Origin: Nemertoderma westbladi
Taxonomy: Eukaryota > Animalia > Xenacoelomorpha
Reading direction: 5' to 3'
NCBI GenBank assembly: GCA_032718475.1
Contig: JAUCBJ010009043.1
Span: forward strand, 1 to 64,000
DNA length: 64,000 nucleotides
Shown here: positions 1 to 10,667 of the stretch, in pieces
Numbering within the stretch: position 1 is the stretch's first letter
Layout of the letters: each line of letters begins with the position of its first letter
Notes under the pieces: model-generated
What the model was told of the DNA's origin: nothing
The model's input: only the letters and a program-made list of their open reading frames with translations
Databases searched by the model: none
Position numbers and translations under genes: made by a program

Positions 1-1
1 C

Positions 2-3000
2 CGCTGTTATTGTAGATTTCCAAACTTGCATAATGCCGGACATGTTGAGCTTAGTTCGGAACTTGGGTTGTCCAGCAAATATGTCTTCGGCTAGCTCTTT
101 GTCGATGAATGTTCCTGTGCTGCCGGAGTCCAGGAGGGCGTTCACTACATAACTCCGTTTAGGTCCGTGAACCCTTACCTGCACCACAGGAAACTCTCGG
201 ATCCCTACATTGGAAGATGGCTCTTTCCAAGATGGTTGTCGATCAGAAGTAGTTAGAGTGAGGTCGCTGTCTGTATCTTTTTCATATGTGAGTGCTCGAT
301 ACACTGCGGTATTTATCATGTAACAGGATTCGTTTTCGTCGGAGAACTCGTCCGTATAGAATCCTTCCATCTCAGATTGATCAGTGTCGTTCACATCACT
401 GAATTGGACATGTAGTTCGGAATCACTTACCTGACTCGGACTATTTCGCTCGAATTCAGCGTGCAACAAGATATGATGTTTCGCACCGCACTTGGCACAT
501 CTTGTGTCAGAGTAACAGGTTCGCCGCTGGTGTCCTTGTCTGAGGCAATTATAGCACAACCGCTTGTCCCACATGACTTCACGTCTCTCAGTTAATGATT
601 TCTTTAGAAATTCATCACACATATTTAAGCGATGGGTCCCATCACATAGCGCACATTTCGGTTTGATGTTACTCACCTTACTCTGAGTGACATTGTGTAC
701 ACTTGTTTTTTCTTCGGGCTTTCTCACCTGAATTCTCTTGGGAGACGTAGGAGGAGTTTTTCTTACCTGTTCTCTCCTGTCATTTGTTCGAGACTTGAAT
801 TTACTTACCTGATCTCTAGGCATTTTATTTACGTAATAAGCGCGGTCAGTGTCTTTCCCGCTATCTTCTCCTTGAGAAGTCTGGCTTTCGCCATCATCTG
901 TATAACACACTGGTGTTACCTTTCTCCTAGCGACGGGTTTTTCACTTACCTTGTTTTCCGGTGTCTTCTCTCTGGACAGTTTCAGGAGCTGTAATTTCAC
1001 TTCTCCATCTAGGAATGACATGAGATCAGCCATGGTAGGGTCTCTTCGTTGTTGTTCCATCATATATAACACTTTCTTATCCCAGCGTGTACCTACTCCA
1101 CCCTTCGGTAAAGTAGAAGCTACTGCTCTAATAACCATAGTGTTCTGATACTCATGAGACTTACCTAGCCAATCTAATTGTCTGCAGATCTCCTGAATCT
1201 CATCGGAAAACTCTATAATTCCGCTGCTAATAAACTTTCGGGGCGCTACCAACTTTGCATACAAATACCCAGCTATGTTATTCCTATTACCATACCTGAT
1301 GTTAAGTGTATCCCAAACTTGTCTTAATCCGTCTGGATGTCCAATAAACTTTAACGCCATTAACTTGGGAGATCCTTCCAAGCATTCGATGAGGAATCTA
1401 AGTTTCTCTCCATTAGATAGCACAGAGTTCTGTATGTTATCTTTGTAATATTCATTAAAAGGTAACCATTTCATCTCATCTCCATTGAACTTGACGATCT
1501 CTCCCACCTTTACCGCTTGCCGGGCTTCGGTTCTAGCCATTTGACGCGTAAAACTTTCTTGGGCCATCGTGTTATTTAATATCGAGTTATCGGTATATAA
1601 ATTTCTCGGATTATGATCCGTTCTATATGGAATATCATTATCAACAGGTCTATAATTACCCTTAATAGGGTTCACTATAGGAGTTTCTATTTCGCTAGCA
1701 GTATAGATGCGTGTAGGCTCCACACCTTGCGCATGCGATACTTCAGACCTAACAGGTTGACACATTGTTACAGAGGGTGGTGGTATACCCTTTTGGGTAT
1801 TTACTAATTTATCGCGTTCTAGCGCGATACTTTGCTGCACTTCTTGCAACTCTAGCCTACTTTCCCTTACTGTGCCTTTGAATTGTCGAACAGTCTCCTG
1901 CATCTGTCCGAGCAGGAGATCCATCCCCCGTCGTCTCTCGTCCACCCATTCGACCGCCGAAGCGGGAGTCGCCAACGTTGTAGCGGGCGGACGAGGGACA
2001 ACGGGCGACAAATCATGAATATTTCGCTCGGGGTCCAGGACCTGAACTGTCTCATGGGCTGTTCTACTGGGCACAGGTAGCTTAGTGCTGTGCAGAGGGA
2101 ATTTAGAGGTAACTTCAGGGAGCACAGGTGTGTCTATCACCGAAGGGGTGATTTCAAGAACAGGCCTAATTATTTCAGGCTCATCTACTATAGTAGGGAG
2201 TCTTTCTATTTTAATTGTTTGGTCTGTGGGTTCTGTACTACCTAAGTTGGTGTTATTTAGTTGCCTTCTAACAGCTGGAGGCAAATCAGGCAATTTCTGA
2301 CGGTGGAACGTTCTTTTACGTCTGCTTAGACGAGATCTATTTCCTTTGCCTTCAGTATCGGTGGTATCGCCTTCCTCAGATGATGTATATCCCTGTCTTT
2401 TGGGAGTAGATCGATTCATCATCTGCATATTACTAGCTGTTAACTGTTTATTTATGCAGTCTTGATTCTCCTGAATGTTTTCCAATTCTAATTGGGTGGT
2501 TTCTTCAGCCGCTCTCCGTTCTGCTTCTGCCACTGCCTCCGCCACTTTTCTTTCCGCTTCGGCCGCTGCCTTTGCCTCTGCCGCTGCCACTTTTGCCTCT
2601 GCCGCTGCCTCTGCCGCTGCCGCTTTTCTTTCTGCTTCTGCAGCTGCCACTGCTGCTGCTACTGCCGCTGCCTTTCTGTCTTCTATACGTTTTTTCTTTA
2701 CTTGTTCTTCTTGGACTCTGGTGATGCGGAGTTGTTCATCAAATTTAGCCTGGTTCGCAGCCCTCATTTCCACATCGATGGCATCCAACACAAGCTTGGT
2801 TCCTTCACTATTAGGGCTAAGTCCATCTAACCTTCTCCTCAACTCGTCATCACCTAAAAAACGTTGATAGTCTGACAGATAGATGTCAATGGCATCCCTC
2901 TTATGCGGCTTCTCTGCCGTCGCTTCACTTTCCACTTGGGAAAAAGTAGCGTCTGTTGATTCTCCATGGGTTGAGCGCTCCTCCAGCTGAGCTTTCCACT

Positions 3001-3847
3001 GAGCTGTTCCTTGAACTTGGCGACTCACCCGTTGAAACCAAGTCTTTACGGCAACTTGCAACGACGTGTCTTGTCTTCTTTTAGAAGCCTCTTCAAAGGC
3101 TGATAATATTAGCCTGATTCGCAGAATTCTTTCTCTAACTTGATAAAGCAGTTGTCCCTGCTCTTGAGGTCCTTGAGGTTGTTGTAACAGCTGTTTTTCT
3201 ACTCGCTCCATAGAGCTGAAGAATCCCTGTGCGTATCCGGCTGCGGACCTCTTCCACACAGCTGGATCGATGGTTTCCTTGGCTACTCCCATCCGGTGTA
3301 TGTCTTCCCAGTCAGCTTCTGATAAATCAAACGGGAGTCCGGGTCCGGGGAAGTTCCATTGCGACTCGACAATAGACTTCAGTTCTTCACTCGTGTATCC
3401 CGCATAATTATCTTTAGTTGATCGTTGACTTCTCGCCCAATCGATCTGGTGTTCTTCCACTGCAATCAATAACCTAGTGAGTACGGCTGCAGGAAGGATG
3501 AGAAGGGGATCCGAATAAACCGCTTCCGTCATCTTTGCTCCGCGCTCGGGTGTCAGCTCTACAGTATCCTCACTACTGGAGCTGTTGGGCCATTGAGAAA
3601 TAAGTTCTTGGCTAGCGGGTTGTTGCTGTTCTGCTGCTTCTTGGTCCCGCTTGACCTGAGCTCGAGTGCCTATGATAGACCTACGATGTTGGACCAGCCT
3701 AGGTTCTGTTATTACTACAGGAGGGATGACCTTCCTCACAGTGGGAGGTGAACTGAACTTACGACTAGACGGTTCTACGCCTCTATCTGAGTCGCAGATA
3801 GTTACATCTAATAAACTGTCTGACAGGTTCTGCTTAGTATCAGACAT
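2..3847 (-). CDS. Bel/Pao LTR retrotransposon gag-protease polyprotein, 5' part (continues beyond window start)
   Basis: Manual minus-strand translation from ATG at 3847 (MSDTKQNLSD...) stays open to the window edge. It contains a DUF1759-type gag motif (IVKFNGDEMKWLPF...EKLRFLIECLEG, ~1500-1375), the Bel/Pao triple zinc knuckle (CALCDGTHRLNMC, CYNCLRQGHQRRTC, CAKCGAKHHILLH, ~655-465) and an aspartic protease motif (VNALLDSGSTGTFID, ~150-100). Confidence 0.9.
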   Translation of the reverse strand, partial: MSDTKQNLSDSLLDVTICDSDRGVEPSSRKFSSPPTVRKVIPPVVITEPRLVQHRRSIIGTRAQVKRDQEAAEQQQPASQELISQWPNSSSSEDTVELTPERGAKMTEAVYSDPLLILPAAVLTRLLIAVEEHQIDWARSQRSTKDNYAGYTSEELKSIVESQWNFPGPGLPFDLSEADWEDIHRMGVAKETIDPAVWKRSAAGYAQGFFSSMERVEKQLLQQPQGPQEQGQLLYQVRERILRIRLILSAFEEASKRRQDTSLQVAVKTWFQRVSRQVQGTAQWKAQLEERSTHGESTDATFSQVESEATAEKPHKRDAIDIYLSDYQRFLGDDELRRRLDGLSPNSEGTKLVLDAIDVEMRAANQAKFDEQLRITRVQEEQVKKKRIEDRKAAAVAAAVAAAEAERKAAAAEAAAEAKVAAAEAKAAAEAERKVAEAVAEAERRAAEETTQLELENIQENQDCINKQLTASNMQMMNRSTPKRQGYTSSEEGDTTDTEGKGNRSRLSRRKRTFHRQKLPDLPPAVRRQLNNTNLGSTEPTDQTIKIERLPTIVDEPEIIRPVLEITPSVIDTPVLPEVTSKFPLHSTKLPVPSRTAHETVQVLDPERNIHDLSPVVPRPPATTLATPASAVEWVDERRRGMDLLLGQMQETVRQFKGTVRESRLELQEVQQSIALERDKLVNTQKGIPPPSVTMCQPVRSEVSHAQGVEPTRIYTASEIETPIVNPIKGNYRPVDNDIPYRTDHNPRNLYTDNSILNNTMAQESFTRQMARTEARQAVKVGEIVKFNGDEMKWLPFNEYYKDNIQNSVLSNGEKLRFLIECLEGSPKLMALKFIGHPDGLRQVWDTLNIRYGNRNNIAGYLYAKLVAPRKFISSGIIEFSDEIQEICRQLDWLGKSHEYQNTMVIRAVASTLPKGGVGTRWDKKVLYMMEQQRRDPTMADLMSFLDGEVKLQLLKLSREKTPENKVSEKPVARRKVTPVCYTDDGESQTSQGEDSGKDTDRAYYVNKMPRDQVSKFKSRTNDRREQVRKTPPTSPKRIQVRKPEEKTSVHNVTQSKVSNIKPKCALCDGTHRLNMCDEFLKKSLTERREVMWDKRLCYNCLRQGHQRRTCYSDTRCAKCGAKHHILLHAEFERNSPSQVSDSELHVQFSDVNDTDQSEMEGFYTDEFSDENESCYMINTAVYRALTYEKDTDSDLTLTTSDRQPSWKEPSSNVGIREFPVVQVRVHGPKRSYVVNALLDSGSTGTFIDKELAEDIFAGQPKFRTKLNMSGIMQVWKSTITA

Positions 3848-3989
3848 GTTTATGTGTACAGTTGAATGTCTACTGCTGTATTACAGTCTGAGCAAGTCTA
3901 GTAACTCAGTATTAACTGCTAGCCTAGTAATTAATTACCGGTACTGCTACTCAGTGCAGCGTGATATATATAATATATTAGAATACCGG

Positions 3990-4236
3990 TATGCTTATAG
4001 TATATATAACTATATAAGTATTATTACAGACTAGGTTTATCACAGAATACCGGTATAATTTTAGCACAAATATATATAAATATATAATAGGCCTATCGGG
4101 AATACCGGTATACAGCTTACAGTTTGTAGTATATATAAGTATAATTCTGGACTAGAATTAATTATAAAGTACCGGTATAATTTCAGCCTAAATTTATAGA
4201 AATAAAGATAATAGGCCTATCGTAAATACCGGTATA
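3990..4236. repeat. Degenerate ~124-bp tandem duplication in the retrotransposon leader
   Basis: Two copies of tagtatatataa...gactag...taccggtataattt...aataggcctatcg..aataccggtata. Confidence 0.6.
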
Positions 4237-5171
4237 TCAATTATTTTAAATAATTGAATTTCTGAATTTTAGGGTTACTTGGTTACTTTACTTACTTTAT
4301 TACCGTTATTTGAGCAGTAGTCCAACTGATATTGAGACCTAATGGTTGTATGGTAGGCCTACTATTTATAAATCGTTAGATTTGATTTATAATATATATA
4401 TACCCGTTTTAATGGGTTTTGTCAATGTTTGAAATAAATGTTATTATTTCTGGGAAGTAATCACTACACAAAGCGGTGCGCTTTCAGTGAAGTGTTACTT
4501 ATAGGACACTAAAACAAATAATACTAATTTACCTAAGTTACTTAATACTACAAATTACTTACAATTCGGGTGAAATTACAATCTCTAAATAAACACAAAA
4601 ATTTACAAAAACACAAAATACGAATTTTCAGGGTAATTTTACAAGAAGTCTACAAACCAGCCTAACAAAGGGTTAGAATCTGGTTATTACAACGGACAGG
4701 GTACTGCGGTATTTGAAAATAATACGTAGTAGTAAATACACTGCGTTGTCCAGATAGGAAAATACCACCGCCTGACGACCTATAGCCGTATCGCTATAGG
4801 TTCTACGTTATGTATCACTGAGTGTTCCTACCTAGAAGTTAATAGAGCTAATCGAACGTGCCTATCAACCACTTTACAACACAAATATAATGTCTACACT
4901 AATTACTTTCGGAAAGCACTGTACACTAAACCCTAAATTAGGTACGAGTACTTGTACAACATATAATCAGTAGTTAAATATACTTGAACAGCTAAAAGAA
5001 CCACGGCATCTGCTGGAGTGACCGGTGCACAAAATCACCAGTCTTTACATACGCCAAGCAGCCCGTGTAGTACCGGGGTTAATTTAACTATAGCGGTATG
5101 TATAACAAACACAATTATTGTAGGAACAAACTTGGGGAATGAATGTTGCGAATAATCGCATAAACTCTGAA

Positions 5172-5741
5172 TAATAAATATTACGCTACGCGTACAAACC
5201 ACTCAAACAAAATGCAGACCAAACACTGACAGACTACTATCAAGCCTAAATAAACTACAGGACATGCAGACTCCGAAATGATTAGGTAGTATGCGTTCTA
5301 ACCCAGTAGTACGACTTATTCTTTAGTTGGGGGTTTACCTTACAGCATTGGCTGCCCCTACTTCCTAACCGTTCTTTATCGGACAGAGGCTCTACACACA
5401 CTGCAATCCGTTCAGACCTAATAACAGCCAGACAACTATCCAGCCTACAAATTATCTAAATAAATATTATACGCTACCCGTACAGACTTACACAAACAAA
5501 GTACAGACTAAACGATGGCAGACTACTCTCAAGCCTAAATAAACTACAGGACATGCAGACTCCGAAATGATTAGGTAGTATGCGTTCTAACCCAGTAGTA
5601 CGACTTATTCTTTAGTTGGGGGTTTACCTTACAGCATTGGCTGCCCCTACTTCCTAACCGTTCTTTATCGGACAGATGATCTACACACACTGCAATCCGT
5701 TCAGACTTAACAACAATCAGACAACAGCTCAGCCTACAAAT
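5172..5741. repeat. 289-bp direct tandem repeat, 2 copies
   Basis: The core aagcctaaataaactacagg...ctttatcggacaga is identical at 5242-5386 and 5531-5675; the flanks are diverged. Confidence 0.9.
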
Positions 5742-7252
5742 TGTCTGTACAATCTGATCAGGCTTACACGCCTTCTGTTCAATACTGGCCTACAAACAAA
5801 TAAAACTTGACAGAAATAAGTAAAAATCTCAATAAAAAACCAGGACGGGCCCTCCCTGATTAATTATTAAGGCCTACCGGTATATAACTATCAAAATCGA
5901 ATAATACTGCTGTACCTGTACTGCTGTAGGTACCGGTCCGGGTGGTTAGGTAGTCAGGCCTACTGGGTACCGGTTGCCGGTACTTCAGCTTTATTGCCTA
6001 CTGCAATACAGAAGCTATATCCGTTATTGTTCTTACCAGAACAATATTAAACTGTATTTAATGCCTACACTGCAATACAGACTAGATATCCGTTATTGTT
6101 CGCGCTTTCAGACCTTTGGCAGTTTAACCCGCCAAATTAGGATGTCTTCTAGATAATAATTCGCTTTTAGCCTATGACAAGTATTTGATTCACTACACTA
6201 GTCGAAACCAATCTGTGCGCGATCATTCACCCGCTGGATATACCCGGGAGATTGGGTTCGACGGCTTAATCGTATTGCTATGTAAGCCTAATGTATTATT
6301 CGACTGACAGTATTATATAATCTCTGACAATATTATTCACCTTCGGGAAATATTAACAGTTCCTTTAGGACGTGGCGCTCTATCTATATAAACAGAGTTA
6401 TGACTTAAACTACTCACAACGATATGGCTTAGTTACAATTCACATATATGGCGCATTCTTTAGGAAATGCTTCGTTATCAGTCTCACTCATACACAATGC
6501 TGCACAATACTGCACACTAATCTGCCGATCTTCACTGATTTTAGTCACATATAAAAGGAACACGGACCGAATCATGTAGGGTCTATCAAATAACATTAGA
6601 TTCACTTCAAACCACTTTAACATAAGTCACAATCGTTATATGTAACCTTTCTCTCTTACCTTCGGTATATCAAGAATATTGGGTTTTCGGGGTTATTTAT
6701 CGTTATTCCAAATATAATAATTCATCAACCATATTATGAAGAACTGACAGTAAATAGCAGTATAACAATATAAAAGTATGCACAGGTTGTTTGATTAGGT
6801 ATGGTATGTTATGTTATGATAACGGATATATGTCCTTATAATTAAGCCTACTAGTGTAAGACTAAAAACTGAAAACACGGAGGTGCCAAAAGCCGGTTCT
6901 TAGGCTCTGGGCAAAAACATAACACTGAACTACTGAGCCGCTGTATACACCTCCAACACAGAGACAACAAACGCTCTGATTGGTCAACCGAACAACGAGA
7001 GAACAAAGAAACAAAGAAACGTCGACGTGGCAATATCAGCTGTTAGCCATCGTCATGGTAGCGACACTGTTTTCAAGAGTATCTAGCTTATCGCGTCACG
7101 AGATTGTGGATTATGTCCTCTAAAGTACAAATACAGTACAAATACATAAGAAATGACTTTTATGTCCTCTAAAACACCAGTACAGCAAGGACACGGCCTT
7201 TTTATGCCTGGCAAACCAACTACAGAGTACTTTAAGGGAAAATAACCGGTTA

Positions 7253-8458
7253 ATGACGCAAAAGCTTTTACAACCATCATCAGTGAAGCCTTACCTTCTG
7301 AGACACTGTTTTGCAATCCCGAAGCTAATGTACACACTTAGATGTGCTCCATGCTTCACATCACCACAGCTTGACATCTTCGATGAGACCATCAAAAAAG
7401 CTCTGGAAATCGCACTCAATATCCAGCTGGATGACATCACTTGGCGTCAAGCCTCTCTACCCTTCGCTCTTGGTGGCCTTGGGGTAAGGAGTACGAGGGA
7501 CATCTCAATACCGGCCTTTTTGGCTTCGTTCTCAGGATGCGGTCCCCTACTCCAATCCCTTCTTCCACCACCGATCATCGAAGCACCCAACCACTGGTTC
7601 GACCAAGGCCTGAGAGCCCTTCCAACAGACTACGAAGTACCTATCAACCCCATATTCCAGAAAGCCTGGAGCAATCCATTGGATGTTACTGCCTCAAAGA
7701 AAATCCTCGATGGAGCGAAGTCCCCATCACACAAGGCACGCCTTCTAGCTTCAGTGGCAGACCATGCAGGCGACTGGCTCCATGCCATCCCAATCTCATC
7801 TCTTGGTCTCCGCCTCGAGGACGACCAGCTCCGAGTAGGTGTAGCGCTGCGTCTCGGAGCCCCTATCAGCGTCGAGCATAACTGCCGTGGATGTGGCGGT
7901 CTAGTAGACAGATGGGCCACCCATGGCCTCTCGTGTATCCACAATTATGGGAAATTCACCCGTCACGCAGAGGCCAATGATATAATCCATCGTGCCCTAA
8001 CCTCTGCAGGAGTTGTTTCTACCCTCGAGCCGCGAGGTCTGTCCCACGATGGTAAGGTGCCGGACGGAATGACTCTTGCACCATGGGCCACAGGAAAACC
8101 TCTCGTGTGGGACTTCACATGCAGGGACACCCTGGCCGCGTCCCACCTTCCAGGCACTTCCTCTACAGCAGGTGCCGCTGCCGCATCTGCCGAATCTGCA
8201 AAATTAAGAAAATATACCGAGCTCCAGCACAACTACCACTTCACCACCATTGCTGTCGAGACCCTAGGTGCTATCGGTAGCGAAGGAACACAAATACTTC
8301 GAGAGATTGGCCGCCGCATCTCGCTAAAATCCGCCGAACCAAGGGCGACCACATTTCTCTTCCAGAGGCTGTCGATGGCCATTGTCCGGGGAAACGCCAC
8401 CGCTGTGCTTGGTACCCTACCAGCCAAGGCAGACCTCAACGAGATCCTACTCCTCTAG
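7253..8458 (+). CDS. C-terminal part of a CRE-clade-like non-LTR retrotransposon ORF (RT thumb, CCHC, restriction-like endonuclease), 5'-truncated
   Basis: Motifs LLRHCFAIPKLMYTLRC, QASLP..LGGLG, LRLGAP, CRGC..H..SC, RH...DII, PDG, WDFT, K..KY, AVETLG, FQRLSMAIVRGNA. The RT catalytic core is absent, so the first Met is probably incidental. Confidence 0.85.
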   Translation: MTQKLLQPSSVKPYLLRHCFAIPKLMYTLRCAPCFTSPQLDIFDETIKKALEIALNIQLDDITWRQASLPFALGGLGVRSTRDISIPAFLASFSGCGPLLQSLLPPPIIEAPNHWFDQGLRALPTDYEVPINPIFQKAWSNPLDVTASKKILDGAKSPSHKARLLASVADHAGDWLHAIPISSLGLRLEDDQLRVGVALRLGAPISVEHNCRGCGGLVDRWATHGLSCIHNYGKFTRHAEANDIIHRALTSAGVVSTLEPRGLSHDGKVPDGMTLAPWATGKPLVWDFTCRDTLAASHLPGTSSTAGAAAASAESAKLRKYTELQHNYHFTTIAVETLGAIGSEGTQILREIGRRISLKSAEPRATTFLFQRLSMAIVRGNATAVLGTLPAKADLNEILLL

Positions 8459-8685
8459 AGCCAACTACATCCGACACTTACCAACTATTGATTTATCAAT
8501 GGATTCGATTACCTACGAACTGTACCTAACTGAGTTTGTATTTATGTGATGTTATCAATGAGTCATTCGTTATATCAATATTAATTAAATATATTGTCTC
8601 ATTTGTTTATGTACGATTAGCTACGCAATATAGATATTGTATATTCATACCGCTGTTGCCAACCAACTCATAAAATAAATAACAC
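7285..8685 (+). mobile_element. 5'-truncated RLE-type non-LTR retrotransposon (CRE-like) including 3' UTR
   Basis: GC-richer ORF followed by an AT-rich 3' UTR ending near AAAATAAATAA (~8672-8682). No TSD was identified. Confidence 0.7.
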
Positions 8686-9349
8686 GTTTTAGAATATTGT
8701 GTATTTATTAAATAGAATAAATGGCCTTCAGAGAACAATAATTCTAGCGATCTTTGAACGCCTATATCTCAGCTGTTTCTCAACGAAATTCAGACATTGT
8801 TACATATTTGGAATCCTTGTAACACAAGCTTTCTATTGATGTGAAAAAATCACGACTAATATGGAGAATGGTAATGATACGGATGGTGCGATTTCGCAAA
8901 AGACACCTTTTTAAAACGCTTATAAAAAATCGAAATAGAAAATTCCGGCTTCATGGTAACAACCACGGTGAGTTGAACTAGTTGTGTTTCAACTTTCAAG
9001 CAATATGATAAAGATTTGTAGAAAAATTTGGGGGGGGGGGGGGGGTCCGTGTCATCAGAAAATGACACTATATTGTACGGGTCATGGTTTATATATAGAT
9101 GATTAGGTAACAAATAAGGTGGACTTATAGCAATTACAAAAGCCAAATTCCAGAATTTCAGGTCCTGTTACTCCCGATCAGCTGATTAACCGACCAGTTA
9201 CCAGTGCTCTATTTATCTGTTTATATACCAGTATACCGCTGTACCGGTTGGCTACCGCAGTACCGGTAGGTCTAATCAATGTCCATTTCTTATTTAATCC
9301 ATATCCAGATATCTGCATATAGCTGTATAGCAGGCAGGCCTATAATATA

Positions 9350-10552
9350 ATGGCGAAGCAGAACGTGGACTTGGAATCATTAGATTTGTTAAACACGAGC
9401 GAATTAGAAGCGAATAATGATATAGATTTACAAGAGGTGGAGATATTAGCGACATCTGCTGGAGTTCTGTCATCTCCGCTCCACTCGTCGGGCCAGGGAG
9501 CCGGGAGCTCCCAGTTACAACTCACTCATCCCCTATCGGAAGCGGAACCCGAGATCGTTACCCTAGCGAGTAGTAACGAGGAATTACAGTTGGATTCAGG
9601 CGATTCTATAGGCCTAGACGACGAGTTCGATTGTGTGGACCAATCTTTGGGCAAAAAGAAACCGAAGATATGTAACTGGGAACCTCGTAGATGGAAGAAG
9701 CGGTTAGTGCAGACCAACACCGTCGGAGGCCAATTCGTTTGCACTAAATGGGAGACCAACAGTTCCAGAAGCGGCGACGACTTATTTTCCGAACAATTCG
9801 ATTGGTCCGGTTTAGAGCAGCCGAGTTGCCTTGTTGTTTGCGAGGAGGCTTCCTCTGAAGGGAGTCTCAATATAAATGAATCGGACAGTCCCGAAAAAAA
9901 TGGCCTTCCGAACTCGCAAACATCCGACGACGACCGCGGTATGGCCATTGATGTGTCGGACCCGACGGAGTTGGCTAACCTGGTCTCCCGTCGCAACCGG
10001 AAGTCCGGCTCCCGGAAGGAGCGTCACGTCACCGCCCATCGCGACGCCGCTCCCTACGCCAGCATCGCGTGCCCCCACAAGGGATGCTCCAAAATGTTCC
10101 GCAATAATTGCGCGATGCGCAAACATTTGCATTCGCACGGACCCCGCGTGCATGTGTGTGCGGAGTGCGGCAAGTCCTTCGTGGAGAGCTCCAAACTAAA
10201 GCGCCACCAGCTGGTGCACACCGGTGAGAAAGCCTTCCGGTGCGACTTCGATGGATGCGGGAAGCGATTCTCCTTGGACTTTAACCTCCGTACCCACTCA
10301 CGGCTCCACACAGGTGATAAACCCTTCGTGTGTCCCATGGATCTGTGCGGTAAGAGCTTCGCCCAGAGCACCAATCTAAAGACCCACATTATCACTCACG
10401 CACGCCAGCGGGTCAGACAGTTGGTAGTCGCTAGGGATTTCGCTAGGGTAGTCGCCTCACAGATTGAACTTAACTGCCAGGAAGTCTCCCTGGAGGAAAC
10501 TGACTTGAATTCCTTCGTGATTACCGATATCGCGCAACCACATCGCCACTAG
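9350..10552 (+). CDS. YY1: YY1/pleiohomeotic-family C2H2 zinc-finger transcription factor, intronless CDS (400 aa)
   Basis: Four fingers closely match YY1 (IACPHKGC.KMFR...AMRKHLH.HGPRVHVCAECGK.FVESSKLKRHQLVHTGEK...GCGKRFSLDFNLRTH...FAQSTNLK.HI.THA). Also present: a REPO-like segment (RRWKKRLVQTNTVGGQFVCTKW), the IDVSDPTELA motif and an acidic N-terminus. Confidence 0.93.
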   Translation: MAKQNVDLESLDLLNTSELEANNDIDLQEVEILATSAGVLSSPLHSSGQGAGSSQLQLTHPLSEAEPEIVTLASSNEELQLDSGDSIGLDDEFDCVDQSLGKKKPKICNWEPRRWKKRLVQTNTVGGQFVCTKWETNSSRSGDDLFSEQFDWSGLEQPSCLVVCEEASSEGSLNINESDSPEKNGLPNSQTSDDDRGMAIDVSDPTELANLVSRRNRKSGSRKERHVTAHRDAAPYASIACPHKGCSKMFRNNCAMRKHLHSHGPRVHVCAECGKSFVESSKLKRHQLVHTGEKAFRCDFDGCGKRFSLDFNLRTHSRLHTGDKPFVCPMDLCGKSFAQSTNLKTHIITHARQRVRQLVVARDFARVVASQIELNCQEVSLEETDLNSFVITDIAQPHRH

Positions 10553-10661
10553 TAGCAGTAGTTAGTTAGTAAATGTTTGTCTAATTGTCTGAAAATATTT
10601 CAATCCATATGTATTATTCTGGATTAGTGGCATTACTGTGATATGGACTATTGTGTACCTT

Positions 10662-10667
10662 AATAAA
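10662..10667 (+). terminator. Candidate polyadenylation signal of the YY1-like gene
   Basis: AATAAA ~110 nt after the stop codon, followed by a T-rich tract. Confidence 0.5.

Larger units (their letters stand above)
1..7066 (-). mobile_element. Bel/Pao LTR retrotransposon (gag-pro, long 5' leader, probable 5' LTR); upstream boundary approximate
   Basis: The gag-pro ORF above plus a ~3-kb non-coding upstream region with internal tandem repeats. On the minus strand a TG start at 7066 and a CCAATCAGAG box (6974-6983) are LTR-like. No PBS or second LTR is visible, so the boundary is tentative. Confidence 0.6.

Noticed and set aside
2475-2867. Plus-strand Ala-rich and Cys-rich ORFs
   Set aside because: Antisense shadows of the Ala/Glu/Lys-rich gag segment.
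6180-7080. Exact 5' LTR limits and primer-binding site
   Set aside because: I found no convincing tRNA-complementary PBS, and the partner LTR is outside the window.
8700-9070. DNA-transposon/MITE fragment upstream of the YY1-like gene
   Set aside because: The composition is suggestive, but I could not find terminal inverted repeats or a TSD.
7441-10395. Short ORFs overlapping the CRE-like ORF and the YY1-like gene
   Set aside because: Alternative-frame or antisense shadows of GC-richer coding sequence, with no motifs.
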